From: Planctomycetota bacterium
GTDB lineage: Bacteria > Planctomycetota > GCA-002687715 > DRQF01
NCBI GenBank assembly: GCA_027001995.1
Contig: JALTLO010000170.1
Location: forward strand, 1 to 35,259
Direction: 5' to 3'
Length of the DNA: 35,259 nt
Shown here: positions 16,539 to 26,530 of the stretch, in pieces
How positions within the stretch are numbered: the stretch's first letter is position 1
Layout: each line of letters opens with the position of its first letter
Program-made: the position numbers and the translations under genes
The notes under the pieces: model-generated
What the model saw: only the letters and a program-made list of their open reading frames with translations
Database searches by the model: none
What the model was told of the DNA's origin: nothing

Positions 16539-18047
16539 TCAGCGATACTGCTTGAGGCAATCCAGGGCGAGGGCCAAAAGGAGCAAACAGGTGATGAGCC
16601 CTAACCATGGGCCCCAGGGTTGTGCTCTTGAGGACGGATTGGTTGCGGGGCAGGCTTGTTGGGGTGATGTAGAAGCTTGGGTTTCGTTGAGGCGGCTTTC
16701 GAGAGGTTGCGAGGTTGGGTCATGAGGCTGCCAGGCATTGGTGCTGCCTGAGCCTTCGAAACCAAGTTCAGTTAGAAGTGCTCGAATCATGAGGGGGAAG
16801 AACGCTCTCTCAGCCCATTTCGATTTGATGGGATCACCAGCAACGAAGATCGTGTTCGTCGCCTTCTCCTTAACCACCACCGGACCTGACTGAGTGCTTA
16901 CCAACAGTTGGAAGCCTTGGGGCAGAGGTGTTTGAAAACGTTGTTGAAAGAGCCAGTCGTTGATTCCTGGCAGGTCATTGAGCTTGGCAGATCGACGTGT
17001 TGTCGCTTCTGGACTCATCAACACTTGTTTGGGAAGGGAAGTTGCAGCCATGACTAAGTTGCCTCGGGCACTGGGTGTGGGCATCCCCACAGACAGGACA
17101 AACTGCGAACGAGTCGTGGTGGAATTTACCGCCATGATGGGGTCAAAACGCAAGGCCGCTGCGGCGTCCCACATGGCTTGCCATGTTTCTGAGCCGCGCC
17201 CCGGTTCCGAAAAAACCAGACGCGCTGGGTGGGGACGGGACAACGTCATCTGGTTGTCAAAAGAAAGATCATCCTGTTGGGGGAGCCTTATGATCAAACT
17301 TTGGGCGTCTTGAGGAATGCTCAGAGCCACTGTTTCCTGTTGGTATTGGCTCACCCCTCCTTCAAAAGTAAGGGCGTGAATAGGAGTCGGCAATCCGGGG
17401 ACCAGTATTTGGACTTCGACCTTGCCACCGATCTCATTTGTAGTGCGTGCAATGGCGACAAATAAGCTGATACCACCTTCAGTCGCCGGAACTGCGCGGG
17501 CCTTTACAAGTCCCACGTTGTGCACGGGATCACTGATCACTTGAAAACCAACGTTCGGCGGCAAGCTGACGTTGGCTGCTAAGAAATCAGATACGATTTC
17601 CGTACGGCGCCCCCGGTAATCCGCCGATGACAAGAGCTGAGTCCAATGGGGAGGAAAGCCGTTCTTGTCAGGAGGTAGAAATACAACGTCTACGGAGCCT
17701 CTATTTTCCTTTTTCAACTCGCTGACCCGAAGTTTCGCTCCTGCGACTCGATTGGGGGCCCCCATGGACCCACTTTGATCGACCAAAACGAGGAGCGGGT
17801 CTTCCTCAACATAAGCTGGATTCACGATTGTCAGAATGATCAACAACCCAGCGAGCAACTCAAGAAGTAGACGCCAAGGAATACGCAAAGCGGTGGTTTG
17901 CCCCTGCCCTTGCTCAGCCAAAAGCTGTTGCCAAATCGCCAAAGTACTGACATTGCGTCCCAATTCTCCTGTTCGCCTCAGTCGCCACCAACAAAGAGCA
18001 ATAAAGGGAAGAAGAAGCCACAAGAATTGGGGATTGATGAGAATCAT
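16539..18047 (-). CDS. BatA-domain / vWA-like membrane protein
   Basis: N-terminal NPQFLWLLLP...STLAIW...LLLELLAGLLIILTIVNP BatA pattern. MIDAS-like DQSGSM. C-terminal hydrophobic helix. Confidence 0.75.
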   Translation of the reverse strand: MILINPQFLWLLLPFIALCWWRLRRTGELGRNVSTLAIWQQLLAEQGQGQTTALRIPWRLLLELLAGLLIILTIVNPAYVEEDPLLVLVDQSGSMGAPNRVAGAKLRVSELKKENRGSVDVVFLPPDKNGFPPHWTQLLSSADYRGRRTEIVSDFLAANVSLPPNVGFQVISDPVHNVGLVKARAVPATEGGISLFVAIARTTNEIGGKVEVQILVPGLPTPIHALTFEGGVSQYQQETVALSIPQDAQSLIIRLPQQDDLSFDNQMTLSRPHPARLVFSEPGRGSETWQAMWDAAAALRFDPIMAVNSTTTRSQFVLSVGMPTPSARGNLVMAATSLPKQVLMSPEATTRRSAKLNDLPGINDWLFQQRFQTPLPQGFQLLVSTQSGPVVVKEKATNTIFVAGDPIKSKWAERAFFPLMIRALLTELGFEGSGSTNAWQPHDPTSQPLESRLNETQASTSPQQACPATNPSSRAQPWGPWLGLITCLLLLALALDCLKQYR

Positions 18048-18979
18048 GTCGTCAACCCACCATGAGTGACCAAAGAGATGATGGCCTGCTCCAAAGTCGA
18101 CTCAGAACCAACGATGAAGAGCTTCAGCCCAGCGGCTCGGGCCAAACGCTGTTGGTCTTCTAAGTGAGCTTCAAAGAGCTCAACATAACGATCAAGCATC
18201 TTCGGGTTTAGAGTCAAGCGAAGTTCAGCATTTGACTCGATATCCCACAAATGAACTCGGCCATGCAACTTGGGAGCCCGCTCTTCTTCCGCGCATATCA
18301 AGACACATTGCACCTCACATTGGCTGCTGCGCAAAGATGCCAACTCCCCTATCAAGTTGCCGCTTTGGAGGAAGTCTCCCAAATAGAAAACAACACGATT
18401 CTGGGCCGTTCTGGGCAAACCATCCCCAAGTGGCAACTCTAATTGCCCTTGGGCTGGGGACAGAGATTCCAGATCGTTCATGGCGACCTCAAGATCGTTG
18501 CTGTTTCTTATTTGGGGGCCAACCCTTGGTAGACCTCTTTCAGCGAGAACAATTTGAACGGGTTGAGCTGGACCGGCAAAACAAGCAGATAAGGCAGAAG
18601 CAAGCCGTCGGCAAAAAACATCTTTGCTGGGCTTCCCTAAAGACATGGATGCGCTTCGGTCCAAAATCAGGAAAAACTCTAAATTGGTCTCCTGGCGAAA
18701 CCTCTTGATATGCAACTCCCCATGACGCCCAAAGAGATTCCAGTCAATGTAGCGAAAGTCATCGCCTTCGGAGTATGGCTTGTGGTCGTGAAAATCATGA
18801 CCTGCCCCCAGTCCCCGAGCCCGAATGGCGCCACCCCCTTCTCCAGAGAAAACCTTGCGAACACGCAATTTCATAGCGCGGATCTGCTTGCGGATTTCAT
18901 TGTCGAAAATGGGAGAGCTCACGGCCTTATTCCTCAATGACTCAAACATCAGAAACGCCGATTTTCTCTTCTGGTTCAC
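18044..18979 (-). CDS. DUF58 domain protein
   Basis: Motifs DFHDHKPYSEGDDFRYIDWNLFGR, IKRF and LDRSASM. Confidence 0.9.
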   Translation of the reverse strand: MNQKRKSAFLMFESLRNKAVSSPIFDNEIRKQIRAMKLRVRKVFSGEGGGAIRARGLGAGHDFHDHKPYSEGDDFRYIDWNLFGRHGELHIKRFRQETNLEFFLILDRSASMSLGKPSKDVFCRRLASALSACFAGPAQPVQIVLAERGLPRVGPQIRNSNDLEVAMNDLESLSPAQGQLELPLGDGLPRTAQNRVVFYLGDFLQSGNLIGELASLRSSQCEVQCVLICAEEERAPKLHGRVHLWDIESNAELRLTLNPKMLDRYVELFEAHLEDQQRLARAAGLKLFIVGSESTLEQAIISLVTHGGLTT

Positions 18980-20895
18980 CGATTCGGAGATCTAACGTGC
19001 CGTCGATATTCATGGACCATGCGATCTGCCAATCCTTGGCGATCCAGCCCCATGCGTCTTAGAAGCCGCATCCGCGAGAGTCGACTCACTGCACCCTTGG
19101 GAACACCAATGGGGACAATCTTCCCAGCCCCCAAGCGCTCCCGAGCCGCCAGCTCAAGTATAGCTGAGCCATACCCTCCAGCGATTGCATGTTCTTCTAA
19201 GGTGAAAACGATGGTGTGCTCATCCAACATCGACTCCAAAAATTCGGCGTCGAGGGGTTTAGCGAAGCGCGCGTTGATCACCGTAGCTTCGAGCCCCTTT
19301 GCTGCCAATAGATCGGCTGCCTCCATGGCCGAGTAGACCAAACTGCCCAAAGCAAAGATGGCCATATCACTTCCGCGACGCAAGATTTCAGGACGACCAC
19401 GCACCAACTCTTGTTGCTCGTCATAGAGACGATCGGCATCTGGAGCGAAAGAATGGGAAATCCGCAAAACACTGGGGCCACTGGATTGCAAGGCCATATC
19501 AAACATCAAATCGAGTTCGCGCCCGTCCCTGGGCGACATCATGTCGATGCCAGGCATGGCACGAAGAAGAGCGATATCTTGAATACCATGATAAAGGCCC
19601 GCGCGGGCATCAATCAACCCGGCGTAACACAAAGCCAAAACCACTGGCAAACCACTCAAAGCAATTTCTTGAAAAATCTGATCTTGGGCCCGTTGGATGA
19701 CGCTGGCAGGAGACACGATCACAGGTTTTAGACCAGCATGAGCTAAGCCCGCAGCGAAAGCAACTCCGTGCTGCTCGTTCACCTGCATATCAAAGACGCG
19801 GCCCGGTAATTTCGATTCAAATTGGGAGCTGGCCTTGCCGATGCCACGCACATCGGGAGCGGCAAGAAGAAGAACCCTGATGGCCTCGTCTTCTTCAGCC
19901 ACCCGCAGGAGACTGTGGGCAAAAACGTCATTCCAAGGATCTTCTCCCTGGCGTTCAAACTCAATGCCCCGCACCAGATCAGCATCAACGTCCTCATCTT
20001 CTGCCACAGAAGCGACAGGAAAAACCAAACGTTCATGATCGCTATCAACTCTTTCATCTCGCCGAGTGATCACATGGAGAAGATTGAACCCTTCCTGGTC
20101 CTTGATCTCGTTCATCAATTGGACCAAATGACCGACATTGTGACCGTCAACGGGACCAAAGTAACGCGGTCCCAGTTTCTCAAAAATCGACCCTGGGACG
20201 AGCGCCTTCGAAACTGCATCCTTCAGTTGCTCCGCTGCCTTATCCAAGCCCGTTCCGATGATGGGGATGGACTGCAGAATCTTGTGAGCGTCTTTTTTGA
20301 GTTCGTTATAAGTCTTGCCCGCCCGAACTTTTGCCAAGTACTCCCCCATGGCGCCGACAACTTTCGAAACACTCATTTCATTGTCATTGAGGATGACCAA
20401 AGTGTTGCTGTCTAAGCCGTGTCCGTTGTTCAAAGCTTCCAAGGCCACCCCAGAGACCACAGCCCCATCGCCAATCACCGCAACAGTCTTGGAGTCATTG
20501 CCAGAGGCCTGGGCAATTCCCAAAGCCTTCGATACCGCAGTGCCAGGATGAAGGGAGAAGAAGTGATCGTAGGGCTCTCTCTCATCGCCAGGAGAAACAG
20601 GGAGAGGTCGTTCGTCCAAGGAATTGCCATTCTCCGATTTCCCTCGCGTCAACACCAAATGGGCTGCCGCCTGATGGGCCAAATCGAAAACCAGCTTATC
20701 ATGGGCAAAGTCGAAGACGTGATGCAAAGCAACTGTCAGGTCTGCCATACCCAGAGCACTTTTCAAATAAGCGTCTTTCATGGCGAAGCGACGCAAGATG
20801 TGCTCTCTAAGCTCAATGGCTAAATGAGGCAAACGTGCAATCGGCACTTGCCGAAGGTCTCTGGGGTTGCGAATGGACTGAAGGAGTCCTGACAT
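18976..20895 (-). CDS. dxs: 1-deoxy-D-xylulose-5-phosphate synthase homologue, strongly diverged
   Basis: Motifs VIGDGA...EALNN...ILNDNEMS, YFGPVDGHN, EQH, INARFAKPLD and TLEEH. Canonical position after xseB-ispA. Several active-site motifs are altered. Confidence 0.8.
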   Translation of the reverse strand: MSGLLQSIRNPRDLRQVPIARLPHLAIELREHILRRFAMKDAYLKSALGMADLTVALHHVFDFAHDKLVFDLAHQAAAHLVLTRGKSENGNSLDERPLPVSPGDEREPYDHFFSLHPGTAVSKALGIAQASGNDSKTVAVIGDGAVVSGVALEALNNGHGLDSNTLVILNDNEMSVSKVVGAMGEYLAKVRAGKTYNELKKDAHKILQSIPIIGTGLDKAAEQLKDAVSKALVPGSIFEKLGPRYFGPVDGHNVGHLVQLMNEIKDQEGFNLLHVITRRDERVDSDHERLVFPVASVAEDEDVDADLVRGIEFERQGEDPWNDVFAHSLLRVAEEDEAIRVLLLAAPDVRGIGKASSQFESKLPGRVFDMQVNEQHGVAFAAGLAHAGLKPVIVSPASVIQRAQDQIFQEIALSGLPVVLALCYAGLIDARAGLYHGIQDIALLRAMPGIDMMSPRDGRELDLMFDMALQSSGPSVLRISHSFAPDADRLYDEQQELVRGRPEILRRGSDMAIFALGSLVYSAMEAADLLAAKGLEATVINARFAKPLDAEFLESMLDEHTIVFTLEEHAIAGGYGSAILELAARERLGAGKIVPIGVPKGAVSRLSRMRLLRRMGLDRQGLADRMVHEYRRHVRSPNR

Positions 20896-20897
20896 GT

Positions 20898-21779
20898 CTA
20901 ATTGAGCCTCGAATAAATGAATCCAGCCAAGGCTTCTAAATCGCCATGGGGATCAAGTCCAACTAACAATTCACGCCCGCCATCGATCAATTCCTTTGCT
21001 TCCTTGCGCGAAGCCTCGACGCCGATGCAGGCGGGATAGGTCATCTTACCTTGTTCTAGGTCTTTTCCGGCAGTCTTTCCGAGAGTGGCGGCGTCACTTT
21101 CTAAGTCGAGAATGTCGTCCATAATCTGAAAGGCCAAGCCCACGCGACGGCCAAACTCACAAATATGTTCCAGTTGCTCAGAAGTCGCCCGAGAGGCAAT
21201 GGCCCCCAAGCGCATAGACGCCACAAAAAGCGCCCCTGTTTTCCGCCGATGAATCTCCCGTACAGCTTCGATCTCCGGCTTGGCCCCTTCACTGACAATA
21301 TCCAGGACTTGCCCCCCAATCATGCCACTGGTGCCCGCCGCCGTGGCCAGTTCAGTGACCAAATCAGGGACTAAGTCCTTATCCCGCGTGTGCTCAGCAA
21401 TGACCCAGAAGGCTGCATTCGACAGAGCATCTCCCGCCAGCACCGCCATCCCTTCGCCATACTTGACGTGACAAGTTGGCTTTCCACGGCGCAAGTCGTC
21501 GTCATCCATGCAGGGAAGATCGTCGTGAATCAGAGAATAAGTATGGATCATCTCAATGGCACATGCCACCGGTAAGACATTTTCTGTCTCACCCCCCAAT
21601 GCATCTTTGACCGCAAGCATCATCCCGGGACGCAACCTCTTTCCCCCGGCGAACAAACTGTAGCGCATCGCCTCATCAACAATGGCTGCATTGACTGGGC
21701 AAGTTGGCAATATTTCGGCCATCTTTTGCTCGACTGTCTGCTTGTGGCCTTCCAAGAGATGTTTCAGATGATCGCTCAC
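20898..21779 (-). CDS. ispA: Farnesyl/geranylgeranyl diphosphate synthase
   Basis: Motifs GGKRLRP, SLIHDDLPCMDDDDLRRGKPT, GQVLD, KTGAL and FQIMDDILD. Confidence 0.95.
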   Translation of the reverse strand: MSDHLKHLLEGHKQTVEQKMAEILPTCPVNAAIVDEAMRYSLFAGGKRLRPGMMLAVKDALGGETENVLPVACAIEMIHTYSLIHDDLPCMDDDDLRRGKPTCHVKYGEGMAVLAGDALSNAAFWVIAEHTRDKDLVPDLVTELATAAGTSGMIGGQVLDIVSEGAKPEIEAVREIHRRKTGALFVASMRLGAIASRATSEQLEHICEFGRRVGLAFQIMDDILDLESDAATLGKTAGKDLEQGKMTYPACIGVEASRKEAKELIDGGRELLVGLDPHGDLEALAGFIYSRLN

Positions 21780-22006
21780 GCTTTCTCCCCGTCCTTGATT
21801 TCTAGAGGAGCGAAAGTTCCATCGGCGGTCACCGCCTCGATTTTCTTCTCCATAGCATTGAGCATCCCTTGGGCGTCTCGGTGAAGTTTGATTCCCTTTT
21901 GATAGTGAGAAACCGCATCTTCCAAACTCAATTCACCCCCTTCGAGATCGGCAACAATTTTTTCCAAGTCGGACATCTTTTGTTCAAAACCAATTTTCTT
22001 GGCCAT
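21776..22006 (-). CDS. xseB: Exodeoxyribonuclease VII small subunit
   Basis: FEQKMSDLEKIVADLEGGELSLEDAVSHYQKG; located between xseA and ispA. Confidence 0.93.
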   Translation of the reverse strand: MAKKIGFEQKMSDLEKIVADLEGGELSLEDAVSHYQKGIKLHRDAQGMLNAMEKKIEAVTADGTFAPLEIKDGEKA

Positions 22007-22038
22007 GGTCTTTCCTCATTCTTTGGGGCACTCCGAGT

Positions 22039-23502
22039 TCATCGGTTTGCTTCGTCTTCCCTTGATATTTTCGTGACAGTCGATGCCGCTTCGCCATCGG
22101 CAAAACGCGTGTTCAGTTGATCCCCGGGAGTCAGATCGTCCGCCCTCCGCACGATCTTACCATCTTGAGTTCGGGTGATGCTGTAGCCCCGCTCGAGGAC
22201 AGATAAAGGTGATAGGCCCTCTAACAATCGTCTTTGAAAATCCAGGTCATTGGCAGCGCGCTTCATCAATTCATTCATACTGCCGTCCAACCGAGAACTC
22301 CCGCGAGCCAGGCCTTCCTGTGCTTGGGTCAAACGAGAGAGCAAACCAAGACGACCTGGTGTTTCTCCCAAAACCTCCAGCCGTTTCTTCGAGGCTGCGA
22401 GTCTGTCCGAACAAACGCGATTGAGGGTGCGTCCAAGTTCATCCAACCTCTGCTCAACTCGGCGCAAGTAATTCAGGGGCTCACGCAAAGCCCAGCTTCG
22501 TGCCAAGGCGTTCAAGCTGTTTTGTGCACTTGCCATCTGATGGTTGACCACACGATTGAGGCGACCAAGAGAATCACCAAGGTCATCCTCCAAATCTTCC
22601 AAGATCGGCACGACAACTTCCCCAGCAGCCGTCGGCGTGAGAGCACGGTGGTCGGCCACAAGATCTGACAAAGTGACATCGGTCTCATGCCCAACAGCGG
22701 AAATCACGGGGATCTTGGCTCGATGAATGGCTTCTACCACGGGCTCTTCGTTGAAAGCCCAAAGATCTTCAATGCTGCCCCCACCTCGCCCGACAATCAA
22801 AACGTCGCAGGCCTTGGTGGCGCAAAAGTGATCGATGGCCGCGGCAATTTCTTCTGAGGAACCTGCCCCCTGCACACGAACGGGAATGAGACGTAGATGA
22901 GCCTTAGGAAAACGCCCAAGAATCGTCTGCAAAATGTCATGGATGGCAGCCCCCGCAGAAGAGGTCACAACACCAATCGTTTCCGGAAGAAAAGGCAGTT
23001 CCAATTTCTGGGCCGGGTCGAACCACCCCAACTCTTCATAGCGGGCTTTGAGAGCGCGGAATTGAGCTTCTAAATTTCCAGTGCCTTCTGCCACCATGGA
23101 AGCAGCGATAAGCTGAAAGCTGCCTCTTGGTTCGTAGAGACTCAAACGGCCGGTCACAACAACCTCAACCCCATCCTCCACTTCAAAGTTGAGCCGGGCT
23201 TTCTGGGTCCGCCACATAACCATGGCGATCTGCGACTTTCCATCTTTCAGGTTGGCATAGAGATGACCGCTGGCCGCATGGACCACATTGCTCAATTCGC
23301 CAACAACGACGATTTGACGAAACTCGCGCTCCAGACGTTGCCTGACCATGGCGGTCACTTGGGAAACCGTTAATGACTCTTCTTTGGCCGAAGGTCCCAA
23401 ATTGGGCCGGTCAAGAGCGTTAGGGTCATAACCAAAAAGTGAGCGGCGGCGGCCTGTCACAGAAAAATCATCCTTTTCTTGGGGCGAGAGCCCCGCATTC
23501 AC
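22039..23502 (-). CDS. xseA: Exodeoxyribonuclease VII large subunit (start uncertain)
   Basis: Motifs GELSN...SGHLY, IGVVTS..GAAIHD, RGGGSIEDLWAFNEE, SAVGHETD, TPTAA and LERGYSI. Confidence 0.95.
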   Translation of the reverse strand: MNAGLSPQEKDDFSVTGRRRSLFGYDPNALDRPNLGPSAKEESLTVSQVTAMVRQRLEREFRQIVVVGELSNVVHAASGHLYANLKDGKSQIAMVMWRTQKARLNFEVEDGVEVVVTGRLSLYEPRGSFQLIAASMVAEGTGNLEAQFRALKARYEELGWFDPAQKLELPFLPETIGVVTSSAGAAIHDILQTILGRFPKAHLRLIPVRVQGAGSSEEIAAAIDHFCATKACDVLIVGRGGGSIEDLWAFNEEPVVEAIHRAKIPVISAVGHETDVTLSDLVADHRALTPTAAGEVVVPILEDLEDDLGDSLGRLNRVVNHQMASAQNSLNALARSWALREPLNYLRRVEQRLDELGRTLNRVCSDRLAASKKRLEVLGETPGRLGLLSRLTQAQEGLARGSSRLDGSMNELMKRAANDLDFQRRLLEGLSPLSVLERGYSITRTQDGKIVRRADDLTPGDQLNTRFADGEAASTVTKISREDEANR

Positions 23503-23579
23503 GGTCCTTGGAGAGCGCAGAATAACAAAGAGCAGCGAAAGAGCCGACCCGCTCGGAGGACTGAAGGTATGCTGGGGTG

Positions 23580-23762
23580 ATGTCTATTACGATACAAGAA
23601 GAATGCGTGAGCTGCGCTTTGTGCCTGGCCCCCTGCCCCGAAGACTGCATTGTCGAAGAGGCGGATCAGTTTGTGATCAATCAGGAGAAATGTACCTCCT
23701 GTCATGCTTGCATTGAGGTCTGCCCCATGGCTTGCATCGTTCAGAGCCCACAGTATTCCTAA
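23580..23762 (+). CDS. 2x[4Fe-4S] ferredoxin
   Basis: Two CxxCxxCxxxCP motifs: CVSCALCLAPCP and CTSCHACIEVCP. Confidence 0.88.
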   Translation: MSITIQEECVSCALCLAPCPEDCIVEEADQFVINQEKCTSCHACIEVCPMACIVQSPQYS

Positions 23763-23827
23763 GTTCACTCTGAGCGCTGGGGTGTTGGCTTTCGCCCGAA
23801 AGCGAATATGGCCGAACGACAAGGCAA

Positions 23828-25249
23828 TTAATCGACCACGAAGAAACCGTAGTTCCGCGCCATCCACTTCTCGCCATTGAGGCAGTAGATGGTCAGGCGA
23901 TAGCGACCATTGTAGAAACTGGTCCATGGCCCCATGGCACCGCCAGTTCGTTTCTGTTGAACTTCGCCGTTTTTGAAGTTGAATTCGACGATGTCACCAC
24001 GACCTGAGATGGCAATATCGAGTTTCTTGGCTCGCACCTTCTTGATGAGACCACGTCCAGGAGCGGATTCCGTTAAGACAACGTCTTCCAAGTGGTGTTT
24101 TCCCACTTTGCCAATACTCTCAATACGATACTTCCGGCTACCTCGATGATTGCTCATCAAACCATTGAGATCGTCTAAGGCTTTTTCGTTGGAAATGGAT
24201 GGTGGACCTGAATTGCCTCCCTCTGCTCCATCTTTCAACAAAGCAGCAGTAGCCTCCCCTTGTTCGATAATCCGTTTCTTGGAGTTGTCGTTCTCAGTCG
24301 TTTCAGCCATACGCTCGGCCCCCACACGATTGAGTTTGGCAATCACATTCATGCGCAGGTGATCCGCTTCTTTGCGCGAAGCCTCCAGCCGCTGAAGGGA
24401 GTCTGTGAGCTGATTTTCGAGATCTTTCACTTTGGCCGCTAAACGATCCAGCTCGGGTTTTTGACTCATGACCTCCCCACGCAAGCGAGCCAATTCTTGG
24501 CCTTCTGCAGAAGAGAGGTTGTTCGCTTTCTCCAGGGATTCATTGAGGATATCGATCTGCATCTTGAACGCATTGCGCTCAGTTTCGACTTGACGGAGAT
24601 CTTTTCGCGCCTGGTCAACGATCGATTGCCATTTCTCGGCAGAGTCGTTGTTCGCCACCCCTTCTTCGTAGAGGGCATCTAAGCGGTTAGCAAAGTCAGC
24701 CTTCAATTCATTGCGCAGGCCATCACTTCTCTTTTCTGATTGATCGTTATTCCAAAAGAACAACCCAGCGAAGGCAAAAAGAACCACCACACACACACCA
24801 ACTGCCCAAAGAGCAATGGACTTGGACTTAGTCCCACGGTCTTCCAATTCATCGAGCAACTTCTGTTGCACCGACTTGACACCCTTGAAGGTGCTGTTGA
24901 GAGAATCGGTGGCATTCACCATCATCTCTGCTTTGGAGTCGTTCTTGATCGTCTTGCTAAGTTCGACTTGTGTCTCATGGACACCTCGGAGAATCTCAGC
25001 TTGCATAGCAAAGGCTTTGGCCAGATCATTCAATGGTTCCGACAGAGCATTGGCCGCTTGCTGGTCAACCACACCGTTGCGCATGTCAACGATAAGTTGA
25101 GCCATTTGACCAGGCTCCAATGACGGATTCTCCTGGTCAGACTCTTCGACTTCCAAAGTCTCTTCTGGGTTTTCCTGGGGCACTGGCTCCGCGGTCTTCT
25201 TGCGTCGATAGGGAGAATTTAGGCCGCGTTTCGTTGATCGTCTAGTCAT
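23828..25249 (-). CDS. Hypothetical single-pass membrane protein with long coiled coil
   Basis: 473 aa ORF. One hydrophobic helix (IALWAVGVCVVVLFAFAGLFFW) followed by a heptad-rich region. Confidence 0.7.
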   Translation of the reverse strand: MTRRSTKRGLNSPYRRKKTAEPVPQENPEETLEVEESDQENPSLEPGQMAQLIVDMRNGVVDQQAANALSEPLNDLAKAFAMQAEILRGVHETQVELSKTIKNDSKAEMMVNATDSLNSTFKGVKSVQQKLLDELEDRGTKSKSIALWAVGVCVVVLFAFAGLFFWNNDQSEKRSDGLRNELKADFANRLDALYEEGVANNDSAEKWQSIVDQARKDLRQVETERNAFKMQIDILNESLEKANNLSSAEGQELARLRGEVMSQKPELDRLAAKVKDLENQLTDSLQRLEASRKEADHLRMNVIAKLNRVGAERMAETTENDNSKKRIIEQGEATAALLKDGAEGGNSGPPSISNEKALDDLNGLMSNHRGSRKYRIESIGKVGKHHLEDVVLTESAPGRGLIKKVRAKKLDIAISGRGDIVEFNFKNGEVQQKRTGGAMGPWTSFYNGRYRLTIYCLNGEKWMARNYGFFVVD

Positions 25250-25953
25250 CTTTGTCCCTCTTTCTTGCGGCTCGCTTGTTCCTGATTTTCTTTTTGGTCT
25301 TCCCGTGTGATAAGGATCTTTTCAATGTAACCCCGAGGTTGAGAGATGTACTGAAGAAGGTCGACCCGTCTCGCGGAAGCAGGCCGAAATAGGATGCTCC
25401 TTTCTCTCTGAGTCACCGAATCCAGGAATTCCAAGTCAACTTCGCTGGGCATCGCCACCGTGAGATCCACCAGCTCGCGTTTTGCCAATTGGATCTTATT
25501 GACTTGTCCCAAAGTCGTGAAGACCATTTGTGCCACACGACTCAGTTCTTTCTTGTCCTGAGTCAGAGACTTGATCGATTGGCTGCTTCCACTGTTGCCC
25601 TGCCCCCATGTGAAGTCGAGAACCGATTCTTCTCCCACGTCCAGGGCGACGTCACGAGCGCTGTGGTTGACAATCCAAAGGCGGCCAAAGGTGTACTCCA
25701 CTCCGTCGCCCAACAGCCTGTTGAGTTGCTCCGTCTGAAATTCGTCCTCGCCATCGTCACCATAAAAAGGCCGCAGCAAGAATTCGAGTCCATCTTTTTG
25801 GCCGTAGAAAACCGCCACATATTCTGCGGGTTCTGGTAATTCGACACTTTCGCCGATGTCTTCATCAACTTGATTGCGCAATAAATAAATGCCAACGCTG
25901 AGTGCAGCGGAAGTCGAGACCAGCAGCAGAAGAATCATCCATTTGCGCATCAA
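25246..25953 (-). CDS. Hypothetical protein with N-terminal membrane anchor or signal
   Basis: 235 aa ORF overlapping both neighbours by 4 bp; hydrophobic N-terminus. Confidence 0.65.
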   Translation of the reverse strand: MMRKWMILLLLVSTSAALSVGIYLLRNQVDEDIGESVELPEPAEYVAVFYGQKDGLEFLLRPFYGDDGEDEFQTEQLNRLLGDGVEYTFGRLWIVNHSARDVALDVGEESVLDFTWGQGNSGSSQSIKSLTQDKKELSRVAQMVFTTLGQVNKIQLAKRELVDLTVAMPSEVDLEFLDSVTQRERSILFRPASARRVDLLQYISQPRGYIEKILITREDQKENQEQASRKKEGQR

Positions 25954-26510
25954 TTACCCTCAGAAGTGACTGTTTGACGATCCTTTGAGGGCTTGACTTC
26001 CCTTAGATCTCGCCTTTTCTGCTCTCGGCGCTCAAAGTAGCGCCGACAAAGGGGATACGCAGGCAAAGCAACAACAGTAGCGACCAGCAGGCTTCCCACC
26101 CAAAGAGGTTTTCCCAAAACATCAAAGTAGTAAACCACAAGATCCCAGCCGCTGATCTCGGCCGCGTTTTCTTGAAGCGTGGCATAACTAATGGGCTCTT
26201 GCCCCAAAGGCCAAAGACCAATGCGGTAGTAGCCATAATACATAGGTAGGAAGGTGACGGGATTCGAAATCCATGTCATCGCAACACCGGCAATTCGATT
26301 CGCCTTGAAGATTGTCCCCAAGACAAAAACCAAAGTCATTTGTATGCCCACCGTTGGGGTCAAACTAATCCACAAGCCAATGGCAATCCCCAAAGCCAAA
26401 GCATGGGGGGTGTCTTTTACCGTCAAAACGGGTTTGATCAGCTTCAAATAGAAAATCGCCCAAAGGCGATTCTCTGGTTTCTGACCAACAATTGGATCTT
26501 TCGAAGTCAC
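25950..26510 (-). CDS. DUF2062 family membrane protein
   Basis: TPHALALGIAIGLWISLTP..G.Q and WISNPVT...Y...Y.IG. Confidence 0.85.
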   Translation of the reverse strand: MTSKDPIVGQKPENRLWAIFYLKLIKPVLTVKDTPHALALGIAIGLWISLTPTVGIQMTLVFVLGTIFKANRIAGVAMTWISNPVTFLPMYYGYYRIGLWPLGQEPISYATLQENAAEISGWDLVVYYFDVLGKPLWVGSLLVATVVALPAYPLCRRYFERREQKRRDLREVKPSKDRQTVTSEGN

Positions 26511-26530
26511 AAATCAGCGAAAGGTATTGA

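Noticed and set aside
23499..23927. 142 aa minus-strand ORF
   Set aside because: It is antisense to a clear ferredoxin and has no recognisable motifs.
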